Assembly (NCBI RefSeq): GCF_024502345.1
Contig: NZ_JALDNN010000001.1
Length of the DNA: 64,000 nt
Source of the DNA: Escherichia coli
GTDB taxonomy: Bacteria > Pseudomonadota > Gammaproteobacteria > Enterobacterales > Enterobacteriaceae
Reading direction: 5' to 3' (one strand)
Shown: one piece after another, positions 18,676 through 29,433 of the stretch
Position numbering within the stretch: position 1 is the stretch's first letter
Layout: every line of letters starts with the position of its first letter
Notes under the pieces: model-generated
The model's database searches: none
Told to the model about the DNA's origin: nothing
The model's input: the letters and a program-made list of their open reading frames with translations, nothing else
Program-made: the position numbers and the translations under genes

Positions 18676-21414
18676 TTACTCAGCTTTAGCAAACTGCTGG
18701 GTGAAGTAAGCCAATGAATTAGCTTCTTTTACGGCATCATGCGGAATGAGTAAGTATTTCCAAGGTTTGCCACCGTGCTGTGCAAGGTATTCACTGGCAT
18801 GACTACACCATTTCACACCACTGCGGGCTTTTTCGGTGACTTCCTCATTCCAACTGCCGTCTTGGTTTTGATGTTGAGTACTTTTAGTTTCAATCATCAA
18901 TACATAGTCGGCGGTTTCAGCAACGAAATCCGGCACGTATTCAGGATGCTCGCTACCGCGTTTGTAGTACATCTTGAATTGGCCTTTGGCAGGCTTAAAC
19001 CACTTCTCGCAGTCGCGTTCTAAAATCACCGCAAAACGGCGCTCAGTGTCTGAATCAAACTTTTGCAATGGGTATAGACAACGGCTAAAGCCGCCAAAGA
19101 GCATTTGTTTGATGCGACTGACATCGCGTACTGTATCACGGTAGCTTTGCACCGGCTGGTCTTGCGCTATGGTGTAAGCGCAGTCACGTAAGGTACTAAA
19201 GCCACTGCGTACATCGACGACGTACTCGGTTGCTTCTTCAAAGAAGTGGTTGTTCAGTTGCGCATGAATTAACTTCGCAATCGCATCACTCTGGTTTTGC
19301 AGAATGTTCTCAACCACATCGTCGTCGTTTTCAGCGGCCAGTGTATTGACAGCTTGAGTGGCTAGGTCAAACAAAAGTTCAGCTTGCTCGTCGTAAGGAA
19401 TATCGTCGTAATCGAACAGCTTCTTCAAAATATAGTTTTGTTTCACCGGCTCGTAGTTGCCCGAATCGCCTTCGCCACGAATGGTTTGGTGATTGTCTTG
19501 CAGGCTTTGTTGAATCAGAGTTCGGTCGATAGGTTTTAAACCTTTAATGGCAGCAATGTCCAAATCGAACGGGTGATAGCCGGTACGTACTTCACCTGAT
19601 GGTGAAACAATAATACGCGGAATATCTATGGTGTTATCCACCGTGAGCTGGGTGACTTGCTCAACAATCGCCGCAATATCCACCGATTCTTCAGTAAATA
19701 GCTCCCGTTGCTCTTGGGTTAACTGAGCTTTTACTTGTTCGGTGATCTGTGCTTTTACCTCAGTCGTTAACAATGCTTTGCTGGTCGGCGCATCGGTAGG
19801 GCGTGTTTGATATTGCTTGATCACGTCCAATGCAGCGCGGGCAACGGTTTGTTGGTTAGGCGTGGTATAAGTGGCTTTAGGTTCTTGTACCTCACGGTTA
19901 CCGTCTGCACCGGTTGCGGTTACACCTGAACCAGTCAGTTGCTGCTCTAGGTTCGATTTAACCTGCACACTTTGTTTGGTTACATCGTCTTCTGGGCGAT
20001 CTAATACGCGTGTTTTCAGGCGCAGTGGGTTATTCGGGTCGTTAGCCTCATCAACAATTTCTTGGAATTTGTCGTGCGCAACAATGCTCAGCGTATCGAC
20101 GGCTTCAACACCTGTACGTTTGCCATAAGGTAAACGCAAACCACGGCCAATTGACTGTTCAATTAGGGTTCTGGCGTTGGCTGCACGTAGTGGCACAATG
20201 GTGTACAGGTTAGTAACGTCCCAACCTTCTTTCAGCATGTTAACGTGAATGACGATCTCGGTTGGCTCATCGACATGCTCAACATTGAGCAGTGCTTGAA
20301 TAGTTTCTTCTTCTTTTTTACTGCTATCCACTTGAATGACTTTGCCACGGTAGCGGCCGTCAAACACTGTTTCAAGTTTGGTTAAAAGCTCTGCTGCATG
20401 CGTGGTATCACGGGCAATCACCAACATAAAAGGCTTAACTAACTTAGCATCGTTTTCATGTGCATAAGTGATTAAATCCACCTTGGTTTGCTCATGTAAA
20501 CGAATACCGTCCATTAACTTAATGGTTTCTAGTTCGTCTTTATCATATTGGCTGGCATCAAAGTTACGCTGAGTAACAACGGCAGGCTCTTTAACAAAAC
20601 CATCATCCATGGCACAGGCCAATGGGTAATCAATCACCACATTTTTAAAGTGCACAGGGCCACGACTTGATTCGGTAAATGGTGTGGCCGTTAGCTCTAA
20701 TGCGAATAGTGGATTAAGCTCATTGAGCGCACGCATACCGGCATCGGCACGATAGCGATGCGATTCGTCCATCAGCAGCACTAAGTCAGGTAAGTTCGAT
20801 AGATACTCAAAGTAGCTTTCGCCTAGGGTTTCCGCTAAACGCTTAATACGCGGGGCTTTGCCTCCACGTACTTCGGTGTTAATTTTCGCGATGTTAAACA
20901 CATTGATCCGAACCGAACCAAATAGATCGCCCATGACTTGTGCGCCGCGGCTCTCATAGTTATCACCGGTGATCACTTCTGGCGGTGCTAGCACAAAATC
21001 GGTAATGCCTTTAAACACGTACTTCGGTGAGGCGGGCGAGAAATCGCTGATCAGCTTTTCATAAATAGTCAGGTTAGGTGCCAACACAAAATAATTGCGA
21101 ATGCCATGTACCTGATACAAATAGGTAATAAACGCCCCCATCAAACGGGTTTTACCTACACCTGTTGCCAAGGCAAAACACAGTGAAGGAAAGTCACGTT
21201 CAAAATCGCTGAGCTTAGGAAACTGCGCTTTTAAGGTTTCTAATAGCTCCGGCACATCGCGTTTTGGGTTCAGTAGTTTGTGCTCAGAAGCACTAATCGC
21301 CACTGCCAACGCACGCAGCGAATCTTGCTGCGGCTGGCGTAAGCTTAAACGGCCAATAATATTATTAATGGCACGTAATTGGTCGGGTTTTAAGCTTGAT
21401 AAATCCATGGTCAT
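18676..21414 (-). CDS. Type III restriction enzyme Res subunit (SF2 helicase + PD-ExK endonuclease)
   Basis: Helicase motifs I ATGVGKT, II DESH, VI QSIGRGLR; C-terminal PD…ETK (YVPDFVAETADYVLMIETK); directly downstream of the Mod gene. Confidence 0.85.
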   Translation of the reverse strand: MTMDLSSLKPDQLRAINNIIGRLSLRQPQQDSLRALAVAISASEHKLLNPKRDVPELLETLKAQFPKLSDFERDFPSLCFALATGVGKTRLMGAFITYLYQVHGIRNYFVLAPNLTIYEKLISDFSPASPKYVFKGITDFVLAPPEVITGDNYESRGAQVMGDLFGSVRINVFNIAKINTEVRGGKAPRIKRLAETLGESYFEYLSNLPDLVLLMDESHRYRADAGMRALNELNPLFALELTATPFTESSRGPVHFKNVVIDYPLACAMDDGFVKEPAVVTQRNFDASQYDKDELETIKLMDGIRLHEQTKVDLITYAHENDAKLVKPFMLVIARDTTHAAELLTKLETVFDGRYRGKVIQVDSSKKEEETIQALLNVEHVDEPTEIVIHVNMLKEGWDVTNLYTIVPLRAANARTLIEQSIGRGLRLPYGKRTGVEAVDTLSIVAHDKFQEIVDEANDPNNPLRLKTRVLDRPEDDVTKQSVQVKSNLEQQLTGSGVTATGADGNREVQEPKATYTTPNQQTVARAALDVIKQYQTRPTDAPTSKALLTTEVKAQITEQVKAQLTQEQRELFTEESVDIAAIVEQVTQLTVDNTIDIPRIIVSPSGEVRTGYHPFDLDIAAIKGLKPIDRTLIQQSLQDNHQTIRGEGDSGNYEPVKQNYILKKLFDYDDIPYDEQAELLFDLATQAVNTLAAENDDDVVENILQNQSDAIAKLIHAQLNNHFFEEATEYVVDVRSGFSTLRDCAYTIAQDQPVQSYRDTVRDVSRIKQMLFGGFSRCLYPLQKFDSDTERRFAVILERDCEKWFKPAKGQFKMYYKRGSEHPEYVPDFVAETADYVLMIETKSTQHQNQDGSWNEEVTEKARSGVKWCSHASEYLAQHGGKPWKYLLIPHDAVKEANSLAYFTQQFAKAE

Positions 21415-21435
21415 TATAATTATCCTTATTAACCG

Positions 21436-23142
21436 TTAATCTTGCGCTGCATCGTCATCGGCAGACGCATCGTCAGTTAGGTTTGCCACGTTTAACGAAT
21501 AATCGTCCTGACCAAATTGGCACTTGTCTAAAATGGCTTTTGGCAGTTTTTTCAAGGTTAAATTGGTAAAACGACCTGGCTCGCAGCGAAATGCACCACA
21601 CATAACCAGTAAAGTTCGGTCACTGCCAACTTCTTCTGACAGCGCTTCTAATTTATCTACCGATAAGCTTTGTGTGGTGACATAAATATGATCCGTCTCG
21701 GTTGAATAACCGTGATCCCACCAATTCACTTCCGATGGCGCATAGGTAAAACCTTCCAGCTTACAAACGGCTTCGGCGAGCATTTCTGGGTTGTACTCTT
21801 TATTGATCACTTCCAAGCCAAACTTATCTTTCACAATTAAGGTCGGGGCAAGTTTGTAATAGCGGAAGCCACCGCCACCTTGCCAGTTTACAGACTTAGA
21901 AATACCACCTTGATCTTCGCCATCAATCACTTTTTGCAAGCGCGGGATAATATGGGTATGACAATGATCACCTAGCTCGACCGAGATCCAACGTCTTTTC
22001 ATCTTGTGAGCTACAGCAGCAGTAGTTCCCGAACCACCGAATGAATCAAAGACTAAATCGCCTTCTCGCGTACACATTTCGAAAATCCGCTTCAAAAGCG
22101 CTTCGGGTTTTTTTCCATTTTTGAAACTAACGCCGCCTTCATTTGCTATTCCATTCCAACTAATGTCAGTCCAAACATCAGTTATTAGTTCAGCAGGTTG
22201 CATCTCACCGTCAATTTCCAAAAGCCTATTGGAGTAAAAGACCATTTGCCTACCATTTGCGATATAAAAGCCTTCGACATCCTCATTTGGATGTACATAA
22301 ACCTTATCCCTATCTTTCTTTGACTTCTCGATAGTTTCTTTTCTCTTTATTTTAGCACCACCACCAATTGCAACGGATTGAAATACACGTTCTGCATTAT
22401 CAATTGCGAATTGTGCTAATTCATCATCAAATGTATCAGGCAGTTTTTTCTTGGCTTCTTTTGTATCTTTATAGCCATTGGCCTTTGCAAACGCATCGGC
22501 AATACCGCACCACGTCCAACTTTTATAATGGTCATCTGGGTTTAATAGATATTTGTTATATCCCGTATCATATCCTTTAGGTATATAGATTTTGTTAAGC
22601 GGTTTCTGGGTGCGATCTTTTGCGTATACAAGCAAAAAGTTTACTGTGGAGAAAACTGTGGCCCCTGTTGCCTTAAAGCCTGAAGGGTCATTTGTGGTCA
22701 TCGATATGGTATTTAACTGATTTGCACGACCAAAAATCTCGTCCATCAAAACTTTTAAATAAGCCATTTCGCAGTCATCTAAGTGAACGAATATTACTCC
22801 ATCATCACTTAGTAGATTACGAATTATTTCTAACCTATCCCTCATTAAGCCCAGCCAAATGGAATGCTCCAGACCATCATCATAGTGCTCAAAAGCACTT
22901 CCGGTATTGAATGGTGGGTCTATGTAAACACACTTCACTTTGCCTGCATATTCTTGCTCTAGCGCCTTCAATGCCAATAAGTTATCGCCAAAAATCAGTT
23001 TATTATCAAAAATATCGTTTTCGGTCACTTTTTGGCTGGCGTGATAAGACTTGCTCGGGTCTTCTAACAAAATGCGCGGCTCTAACTTTTTGCGCTCGTT
23101 TTTGCCTATCCAGGTCAGTTCTAATTTGGTTTTGCTCATCAT
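21436..23142 (-). CDS. Type III R-M Mod subunit (N6-adenine/N4-cytosine class DNA methyltransferase)
   Basis: Motif IV DPPFN and SAM motif FDSFGGSGTT; mod-res gene order with a 21-bp gap. Confidence 0.85.
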   Translation of the reverse strand: MMSKTKLELTWIGKNERKKLEPRILLEDPSKSYHASQKVTENDIFDNKLIFGDNLLALKALEQEYAGKVKCVYIDPPFNTGSAFEHYDDGLEHSIWLGLMRDRLEIIRNLLSDDGVIFVHLDDCEMAYLKVLMDEIFGRANQLNTISMTTNDPSGFKATGATVFSTVNFLLVYAKDRTQKPLNKIYIPKGYDTGYNKYLLNPDDHYKSWTWCGIADAFAKANGYKDTKEAKKKLPDTFDDELAQFAIDNAERVFQSVAIGGGAKIKRKETIEKSKKDRDKVYVHPNEDVEGFYIANGRQMVFYSNRLLEIDGEMQPAELITDVWTDISWNGIANEGGVSFKNGKKPEALLKRIFEMCTREGDLVFDSFGGSGTTAAVAHKMKRRWISVELGDHCHTHIIPRLQKVIDGEDQGGISKSVNWQGGGGFRYYKLAPTLIVKDKFGLEVINKEYNPEMLAEAVCKLEGFTYAPSEVNWWDHGYSTETDHIYVTTQSLSVDKLEALSEEVGSDRTLLVMCGAFRCEPGRFTNLTLKKLPKAILDKCQFGQDDYSLNVANLTDDASADDDAAQD

Positions 23143-23196
23143 TTCTGTGCTCTTATCTTGTGTTCGTTACTTAGCGTTATTATTCTACAGCAATCG

Positions 23197-25062
23197 CTAC
23201 GCAGGTTGTGCTTGGCGATTACTCGCTTGGGTGTTTTGCCCTTGTCGGCGTTGCGCTTGCTCGGCTAAGTAACTGAATAAATTCTGGTTGTGTGGGTCGT
23301 TCGCTTGAAGGCGTTCTTGTTTTGCTACAACTGCCGGGCTTTCTGCCAAGTTTAAATGGCTAATCCACACCGTTTGCATTAAACGTGCGGTATCGCCCAA
23401 GCGTTTGAAGTATGCGTGCGGCGCACTGCCTAATACTAATGCCGTAAAACTATCAAAAAATTGCTGACGAAGTTCATCAAAAGCGTGGCTGATTAATCTT
23501 TTAAATGCCGCTTGCTCGGTAATCTCAGGAGCCGTAATAGCGCCTTCAAACTGCGCCATTAATAGCGTGGTTATGCAGTAAGTAAAATGTCGATATACCA
23601 GTTTTTCTGGGCTTGGACTACTGCGCTCTGCGTTTGTACATAAGACTTGAATAGCCAGATAGCAGTTCACCGCGTTAATGGCGACGGCCCCCTGTAAATC
23701 TGTACTAAAAACGGCTTGGTACTCGGCACTTTCTTGGTTAGTGAATTTGCTTGGCTCTACTTTTAGCTGATAAGGCACGCGTACATCACCGTGCATACAG
23801 GCCAATGCTTTGGCCAAGGTGTCGATAGTAATGCTGCGAATACCCGCTGCTGCGCTTTGTTGTGGGCGGTAGAGATATTCAACACCAAACATTTTCATCT
23901 CTTGGCGCAAGCGTTCTTGGGTATCATCCAGCGCGGCAAAGTTGGCTAAATCGACCGGGTTTTGCAGGTTACGCGCTTTGGTTACTTGTTTGTGAAATGC
24001 ATCGTTACCCGTGTTGATAATGGTTACCATCACTTGAGCTTGGCTGATGTCTGCATTTGGGTTTTCACGCATAAACTGTGCAGCACTAGCAATGGTTTGT
24101 GCACCGTTAACGACGGACAGGCCATCGACTGCAACATGCTTGCTACCTGTGTGGCCTCTAATATTCCCTTTTGGTTTTACTGCATTGCCAACCAGAGTAA
24201 TGCCATTGTTAAGATAAATAAAATTTTCCGGCTCATGTAAAAGGGTGTCTTTAATCGCCCTATTTACCCCACGTCTGCCAGCACCAATAAAATAGCGAAT
24301 ATTTTTCTCGTAAAGTTTACGGTCATGAGTAGTGTGCAAGGCAATTAAATCGGTTAGCTTGGCGATACCAAATACGACTTTTCGTGGTTGTTCTTGCACT
24401 CGGAACTTATATACAGCGACACGCTCGTTTACCGTATCAACCGCATGTTCACTGCGAAGAGCCTGCTCAACATCGGTGGCGGTGTATTCTTGATATTCAG
24501 GTGCGATTTGCTCTTCACCTTCATCAATCAGCTCTTGGATCGCTGGTTGTAGGTAGTTTTGTGCTTGTATGGTAATGCCATTACCTGTGTATGCGACAAG
24601 CAGTTGAATTCTTTCGCACTCGTCTAATGCGGCTTCAATATTTGCTTGAAGGTTTTGAACATTTTGATTAAAGCGGTGAAATTGCTTGTTTAAAAGTAAC
24701 TTTACACCCTCAATAAAAGCCTGTGCTTCGCCCAATTGGAATTGCGCATCTTCCTTCATTTTTGACTGTACTAAGTACAGAGTCTGATCAGCTTCGTGAT
24801 AATAAATTGCATCAATACCATGGTCTTCATAGTCGTCCACCACAGCTTTTGCTGCGGTCACTACGTCTAAATCGAATTTTTGCTGTAGTACGAATGCGCT
24901 AAAAGCCCTGGAAATTTGCTTTTTAGGTTTATCTTCTCGCCCACCTTGCCCAAGCAATGGCGGTAAATGCGGCACAAAACGCTGCTGTAGCAGTTCTTTT
25001 AATAGGGTAAGAAATTGTGGTTGTAATGCTGCCAAGTGAGTTGTCCTTATTTTTATTGCCAA
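23197..25062 (-). CDS. large abortive-infection-like protein, tentatively AIPR family (621 aa)
   Basis: Size and context (between an Abi_2 gene and an RM system) and a remembered VVNGAQT-like block; family assignment from memory only. Start overlaps the upstream stop by 10 nt. Confidence 0.4.
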   Translation of the reverse strand: MAIKIRTTHLAALQPQFLTLLKELLQQRFVPHLPPLLGQGGREDKPKKQISRAFSAFVLQQKFDLDVVTAAKAVVDDYEDHGIDAIYYHEADQTLYLVQSKMKEDAQFQLGEAQAFIEGVKLLLNKQFHRFNQNVQNLQANIEAALDECERIQLLVAYTGNGITIQAQNYLQPAIQELIDEGEEQIAPEYQEYTATDVEQALRSEHAVDTVNERVAVYKFRVQEQPRKVVFGIAKLTDLIALHTTHDRKLYEKNIRYFIGAGRRGVNRAIKDTLLHEPENFIYLNNGITLVGNAVKPKGNIRGHTGSKHVAVDGLSVVNGAQTIASAAQFMRENPNADISQAQVMVTIINTGNDAFHKQVTKARNLQNPVDLANFAALDDTQERLRQEMKMFGVEYLYRPQQSAAAGIRSITIDTLAKALACMHGDVRVPYQLKVEPSKFTNQESAEYQAVFSTDLQGAVAINAVNCYLAIQVLCTNAERSSPSPEKLVYRHFTYCITTLLMAQFEGAITAPEITEQAAFKRLISHAFDELRQQFFDSFTALVLGSAPHAYFKRLGDTARLMQTVWISHLNLAESPAVVAKQERLQANDPHNQNLFSYLAEQAQRRQGQNTQASNRQAQPA

Positions 25063-25994
25063 ATTGGCCGCGCTTGCCAGTCGGCTGGAAAGCCCATGCG
25101 GTCAATGTCTATTTGGTGATGATTTATCAATTGGATGAGTCGTTGCTTCCAGTGATGTTCACCACTGATCACATCCATGAGGTAGCCCAACATCACCAAG
25201 GTGTTATAAATTTTTCGTAAACGCCGGTCGCTATCGGGCAGGTTTTGCAAGCTTTGAATCAGTGCCGGTTCACCATGGCGTGGCAGTACCGTGGTTTTAA
25301 TAAAATCACGGTTCCATAGCCTAGAATGATGGGCACTTAAATTGCGCACTAGCGACAAATGCTCACAGAATGAGGTAAGAGTTTTTTCATCTAGGCCGTA
25401 GCTTTTGCTTATTACCTGGCGGTCGGCACGCAGCTTGATATTGCTGTACCAACAGGAAAGTTGCCCCATGGTTAACAGCTCAACACAGGCCCAAATAGGG
25501 GGTAGTGGCTCTTGATATTTTTGCGTAAGGTGCTTGATGAACTCTTCACGACTGCACTTTACCTCACCCGTGAGTTTGCCAAGGCTACTGGCGTATTCTA
25601 ATAAATCACCAAAGAGCTCTGGTTTTAAATGAGGGTGCGCGGTTTGGTATTTTTGGCTCAACTGATACGCAATTTGTGTGCGTAATGACACCTCAAAACG
25701 CTCGATGGCATCTAGCACTAACAAACGTAGTTCACGGTCGAAAACATATAGGCTTAGGACTTGGTCAAACTGAGTACCTGTGATAAACGTATGACTGGCA
25801 TGATCTTGCTCATAGGGCAAACAATAAGCCGCAAAACGATAGTAGTTCAGCTGTGCTAAGTAAAACTCAGCTTTCGGGACATCACTGATCACTAGGCCAC
25901 GTTGTTGCAACAAGCGTACTTGATCGCTAAAGCTTGTAGGGGGCTTGGTAAAAGCGACTTTAGGGACTGGTTTGCGGCTCATTTGACCTCCCAT
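25053..25994 (-). CDS. Abi_2-family (AbiD/AbiF-like) abortive infection protein
   Basis: 313 aa with N-terminal …[17 protein letters not shown]… signature, which I recall as typical of Abi_2 proteins. Confidence 0.55.
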   Translation of the reverse strand: MGGQMSRKPVPKVAFTKPPTSFSDQVRLLQQRGLVISDVPKAEFYLAQLNYYRFAAYCLPYEQDHASHTFITGTQFDQVLSLYVFDRELRLLVLDAIERFEVSLRTQIAYQLSQKYQTAHPHLKPELFGDLLEYASSLGKLTGEVKCSREEFIKHLTQKYQEPLPPIWACVELLTMGQLSCWYSNIKLRADRQVISKSYGLDEKTLTSFCEHLSLVRNLSAHHSRLWNRDFIKTTVLPRHGEPALIQSLQNLPDSDRRLRKIYNTLVMLGYLMDVISGEHHWKQRLIQLINHHQIDIDRMGFPADWQARPIWQ

Positions 25995-26139
25995 GCAACA
26001 GAAGATCGAATTTTGCGGGCCCCAGAAACGAGTAACCCCTCACAGGGCGCTGATCTGACGGGTAGCGGGAGGGGTGTTGTTGCAGTGATCATAGCCCCAA
26101 ACTGAAAAAAGTCAATGCTGGCGTTGAAATTGATTGTCA

Positions 26140-29034
26140 TCATTGAACCGTCCACCCAATGGTAAATAGGGTCTCTTGGCTGGTTTTTTTATTCAGTTTG
26201 CCTTCTAAGCTTTCAATCAGCTGTTCGCGCTTTTCGTCCACTTCATCTTGTTTATCAAACAGTTCACGGCGGCTTTTATTGCGCTGACTTTCTAACTGGC
26301 GCTGCTGTTTTTGCAGGGCAAGTTTCTCTTCCAGGGTTGGAGCTATTTTGGCTTCGCGGCGTACTTGCTTGATTTGCTTATCAAGCTCTTTTATAGATTG
26401 TTCAAGCCCTTCTTTTAAATCGTCTGCCCAAGAATCTAACTTGTTTACCTCTTGCTCGAAGAAGCTGAGATTACGATCGTTAACTTGCTTTTCGATGCCT
26501 AGTCTCGACTGCTGTAACGCATGCTGCAGCGCATATTGATAGCCAGGATATAAGGCGGCAAGTTCTTGCTCACTTACTTCACTTTGCACACAGGCACTAA
26601 GCTGCATCAGCTTTTGCACGACTTCACTTGGTAGCGGATGACCATGTTCATCTTGCGCGGCGAACAATAAATGGTCTTCGCTACGCTCCAATGATTCGAC
26701 ACTAAATTTTTGTAGGCTTAGTACACCTGACAAACCCACTAAGGGTTCTAGCATACTGATTTTTGTTTGGTGGTTGCTGTAATCAAAAATTACGCTGGCA
26801 ATGGGTAATTCACGTTGAAGCGCGTTGCTGATCACCCATTCACCCAGCGGGTGGGTGATACGATACACATGGGCATTGGCTAGTTTACCGGTTTCAATAC
26901 TGCCGCTTTGCTGTCCTCGGCGTACAAGTTGGTAGCTACCTGTAGGAGCCTGATTGATACTTTGATTAAGCGTAAAACTATGGTTGCTTGGGTCAATGTC
27001 TGCGATAGCTGCAAGTTCATGCGTACTGAGTTGCCAGAACCAACGGCCTACTTTATCGAGGCGTTGCTGCGCGGCATCTAGCTGAATTTTGAGTAAGTCG
27101 TGAATATCTTCATCGAAATTTTCCAGCAGCAGTTGCTGGGTCTCGCGCATTTTTTGGTTGATGTCGGCTTCTAGCTCTTTTTGCAATTGATCAAAAGCTG
27201 CTTCTATTTCCGCCGGTTGCCGACAAGTCTCGTATATATTTTGGATGCGTTTTTCAAAATCAATACCAGATTCAATGCTGCCTAGCACATCGTCCGATGC
27301 ACCAAACACGCCATCGAACAGATGGAATTTTTCAGTCAGTAACTCTAAAACACGCTGATCGGCTTTGTTGGCTTCGTTGAGGAAGTTGATCACCACAACA
27401 TCAAATTGCTGCCCATAGCGGTGACAACGGCCAATACGTTGCTCTACTCGTTGTGGGTTCCATGGTAAGTCATAGTTAATAAGTAACGAACAGAACTGTA
27501 AGTTAACCCCTTCTGCAGCCGCTTCGGTTGCGATCATAACTTCGGCATGATGGCGGAAGTAATCAATTAGGGCAGTACGGCGGTCAATTTGCGGTGAACC
27601 ACTCACCTTATCACTACCTTGGTTTTCAGCTAACCACTGCTGATAAACTTTGGTTGCTTCTGGATGGTTATTGCTGCCACTAAAGGTGACTAATTTATCA
27701 GCAAAGCCATTCGCCTCGAGGAAACGAGCTAGGTATTCTTGCGTGCGCTTCGATTCGGTAAAAATAATGACTTTACGTGGCGCCCCCATTTCCTCCATTT
27801 TGGCAAACCCTTGATTAAGCGCCGTTAGCAAGGCTTGGGTTTTACTGTCGGTGGTAATGGATTTAGCCTGCTCGATATAATGCTCAAGCTCGGCTATTTC
27901 AGCATTGAGTAACTCAAAGTCAATATCACTCTCAGGGGTATTGCTTTGTGTTTCTTCTACATACTCGCTGTACTCTTCTCCTAAATCATCACTCTCAACA
28001 AGCTCACTGATAATATCGAGGTCCGATTTAGCCTGTACTTTCAAGTCAACCAATCGGCGCTTTATAGTTTCGAGTGTGTTGAGCACTGCGTGCGAACTAG
28101 ATGCTAATAGCTTTCTCAGTATAAGGCCGGTTAAATGACGTTGGCTCTTGGGTAGTGCATAGCTCTCGTCCTTTTCCAATAAGGCACTAATACTTTCGTA
28201 AAGTGCCATCTCAGCATTAGAGGGTGTAAACGGTACGGTGAGTGTTTGACGTTGGGTATAGCGGACGTATTCGAGTACATCTTTGCGCAAGGTACGCTGA
28301 ATAAACCCGGTAAGTCGTTTCTTTAAATGCCCTAGCGCACTTTCGTTATTGACAAAGTGTTGTTTGAAGCTTCGCTCATCGCCGAAGATTTGATCGTCGA
28401 TAATGGTTGAAAGTCCATACAATTCCATGAGCGAGTTTTGTAAGGGTGTTGCAGTAAGTAATAGCTTTTTACTGCCATCTAATGCGCGGCGTAGCGTTTG
28501 ACCCATTTTATTGCTGCTACGATGTGCATTACGTAGCTTGTGCGCTTCGTCGATGACGACAATATCCCATGGCTCTAGCATTAGCTGCGTTTCCATTCTC
28601 GCAGCATAGTGATAGGACATAATAGAAACGCAGTGATTAGCTAGCGGGTTAGTTTGACCATTGTTAACACTAATGCGCCACGTTTTTGCATCAAGCACTT
28701 GCGTTGGTAAATTAAACTTATCGCCCAATTCCTGCGCCCACTGGCGTCGCAATGACGCCGGGCAGATGATCAATATGCGGCGTTTACGCTCTGCCCAATA
28801 CTGTGACAGTACTAAGCCTGCTTCAATAGTTTTCCCTAAGCCCACTTCATCAGCGAGTACAACACCTTTGCTTAACGGGTTGTTGAGCGCAAAAAGTGCC
28901 GCATGAATTTGGTGCGGATTGAGATCAACACTGGCATCAAAAAGAGATTGAGACAATTTATCAACGCCATTTTCAGCGTGGCGAATGGTTAATTCCTGCG
29001 CAAAGTATTTTGCTTGATAATCAGTTATTACCAT
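26140..29034 (-). CDS. SNF2-family helicase (about 965 aa) with C-terminal coiled-coil-rich region
   Basis: Motifs I LADEVGLGKT, II VIDEAHKLRN, III LLLTATPLQN, VI QRIGRCHRYGQ. Start set at MVITDYQ (29034) so that overlap with the upstream HTH gene is 14 nt rather than 95. Confidence 0.85.
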   Translation of the reverse strand: MVITDYQAKYFAQELTIRHAENGVDKLSQSLFDASVDLNPHQIHAALFALNNPLSKGVVLADEVGLGKTIEAGLVLSQYWAERKRRILIICPASLRRQWAQELGDKFNLPTQVLDAKTWRISVNNGQTNPLANHCVSIMSYHYAARMETQLMLEPWDIVVIDEAHKLRNAHRSSNKMGQTLRRALDGSKKLLLTATPLQNSLMELYGLSTIIDDQIFGDERSFKQHFVNNESALGHLKKRLTGFIQRTLRKDVLEYVRYTQRQTLTVPFTPSNAEMALYESISALLEKDESYALPKSQRHLTGLILRKLLASSSHAVLNTLETIKRRLVDLKVQAKSDLDIISELVESDDLGEEYSEYVEETQSNTPESDIDFELLNAEIAELEHYIEQAKSITTDSKTQALLTALNQGFAKMEEMGAPRKVIIFTESKRTQEYLARFLEANGFADKLVTFSGSNNHPEATKVYQQWLAENQGSDKVSGSPQIDRRTALIDYFRHHAEVMIATEAAAEGVNLQFCSLLINYDLPWNPQRVEQRIGRCHRYGQQFDVVVINFLNEANKADQRVLELLTEKFHLFDGVFGASDDVLGSIESGIDFEKRIQNIYETCRQPAEIEAAFDQLQKELEADINQKMRETQQLLLENFDEDIHDLLKIQLDAAQQRLDKVGRWFWQLSTHELAAIADIDPSNHSFTLNQSINQAPTGSYQLVRRGQQSGSIETGKLANAHVYRITHPLGEWVISNALQRELPIASVIFDYSNHQTKISMLEPLVGLSGVLSLQKFSVESLERSEDHLLFAAQDEHGHPLPSEVVQKLMQLSACVQSEVSEQELAALYPGYQYALQHALQQSRLGIEKQVNDRNLSFFEQEVNKLDSWADDLKEGLEQSIKELDKQIKQVRREAKIAPTLEEKLALQKQQRQLESQRNKSRRELFDKQDEVDEKREQLIESLEGKLNKKTSQETLFTIGWTVQ

Positions 29035-29227
29035 CCAACACCCCTTTTCCTTGAGCTGCTTGCGTACTGATCCATTCTTCAAGATCGGATTGTTTAAAGC
29101 GCCAAGCATTGCCAACTTTAAAAGCAGGAATTTTATGTACCGCTGCTAGACGGTAAACAGTTCTCTCATTTACCTTCAAATACTCAGCTACTTCTTTAAT
29201 TGTCAGAACGGTATCAGTCATTTTCAC
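29021..29227 (-). CDS. small helix-turn-helix DNA-binding protein (excisionase/MerR-like HTH)
   Basis: LTIKEVAEYLKVNERTVYRLAAVHKIPAFKVGNAWRFKQSDLEEWI is a typical HTH_17-type pattern; overlaps the SNF2 start. Confidence 0.7.
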   Translation of the reverse strand: MKMTDTVLTIKEVAEYLKVNERTVYRLAAVHKIPAFKVGNAWRFKQSDLEEWISTQAAQGKGVLDGNN

Positions 29228-29433
29228 TCGGCCACTTTGAAAAGTGCGTCAATTATCTAATGCGAGTGTCAAAATAGTACAAATAAGTACATGAATCAAT
29301 CTTATTCGGCACTTGCCGGAGCTCCTTGGCTTTAATCCTCATCAATTTTAGGTACAGTTTTCAGGCTCGGGGATAAAGTATAAAGAATGTCGTACTGCCG
29401 CTGCCAGAGCAATATTCCCCCCTGCTGGTTGTA

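Noticed and set aside
26348-28906. Short plus-strand ORFs inside the SNF2 gene and similar antisense ORFs inside res, mod, dcuS, fumB, melA and others
   Set aside because: Fully nested antisense to long, motif-rich genes; no independent support.
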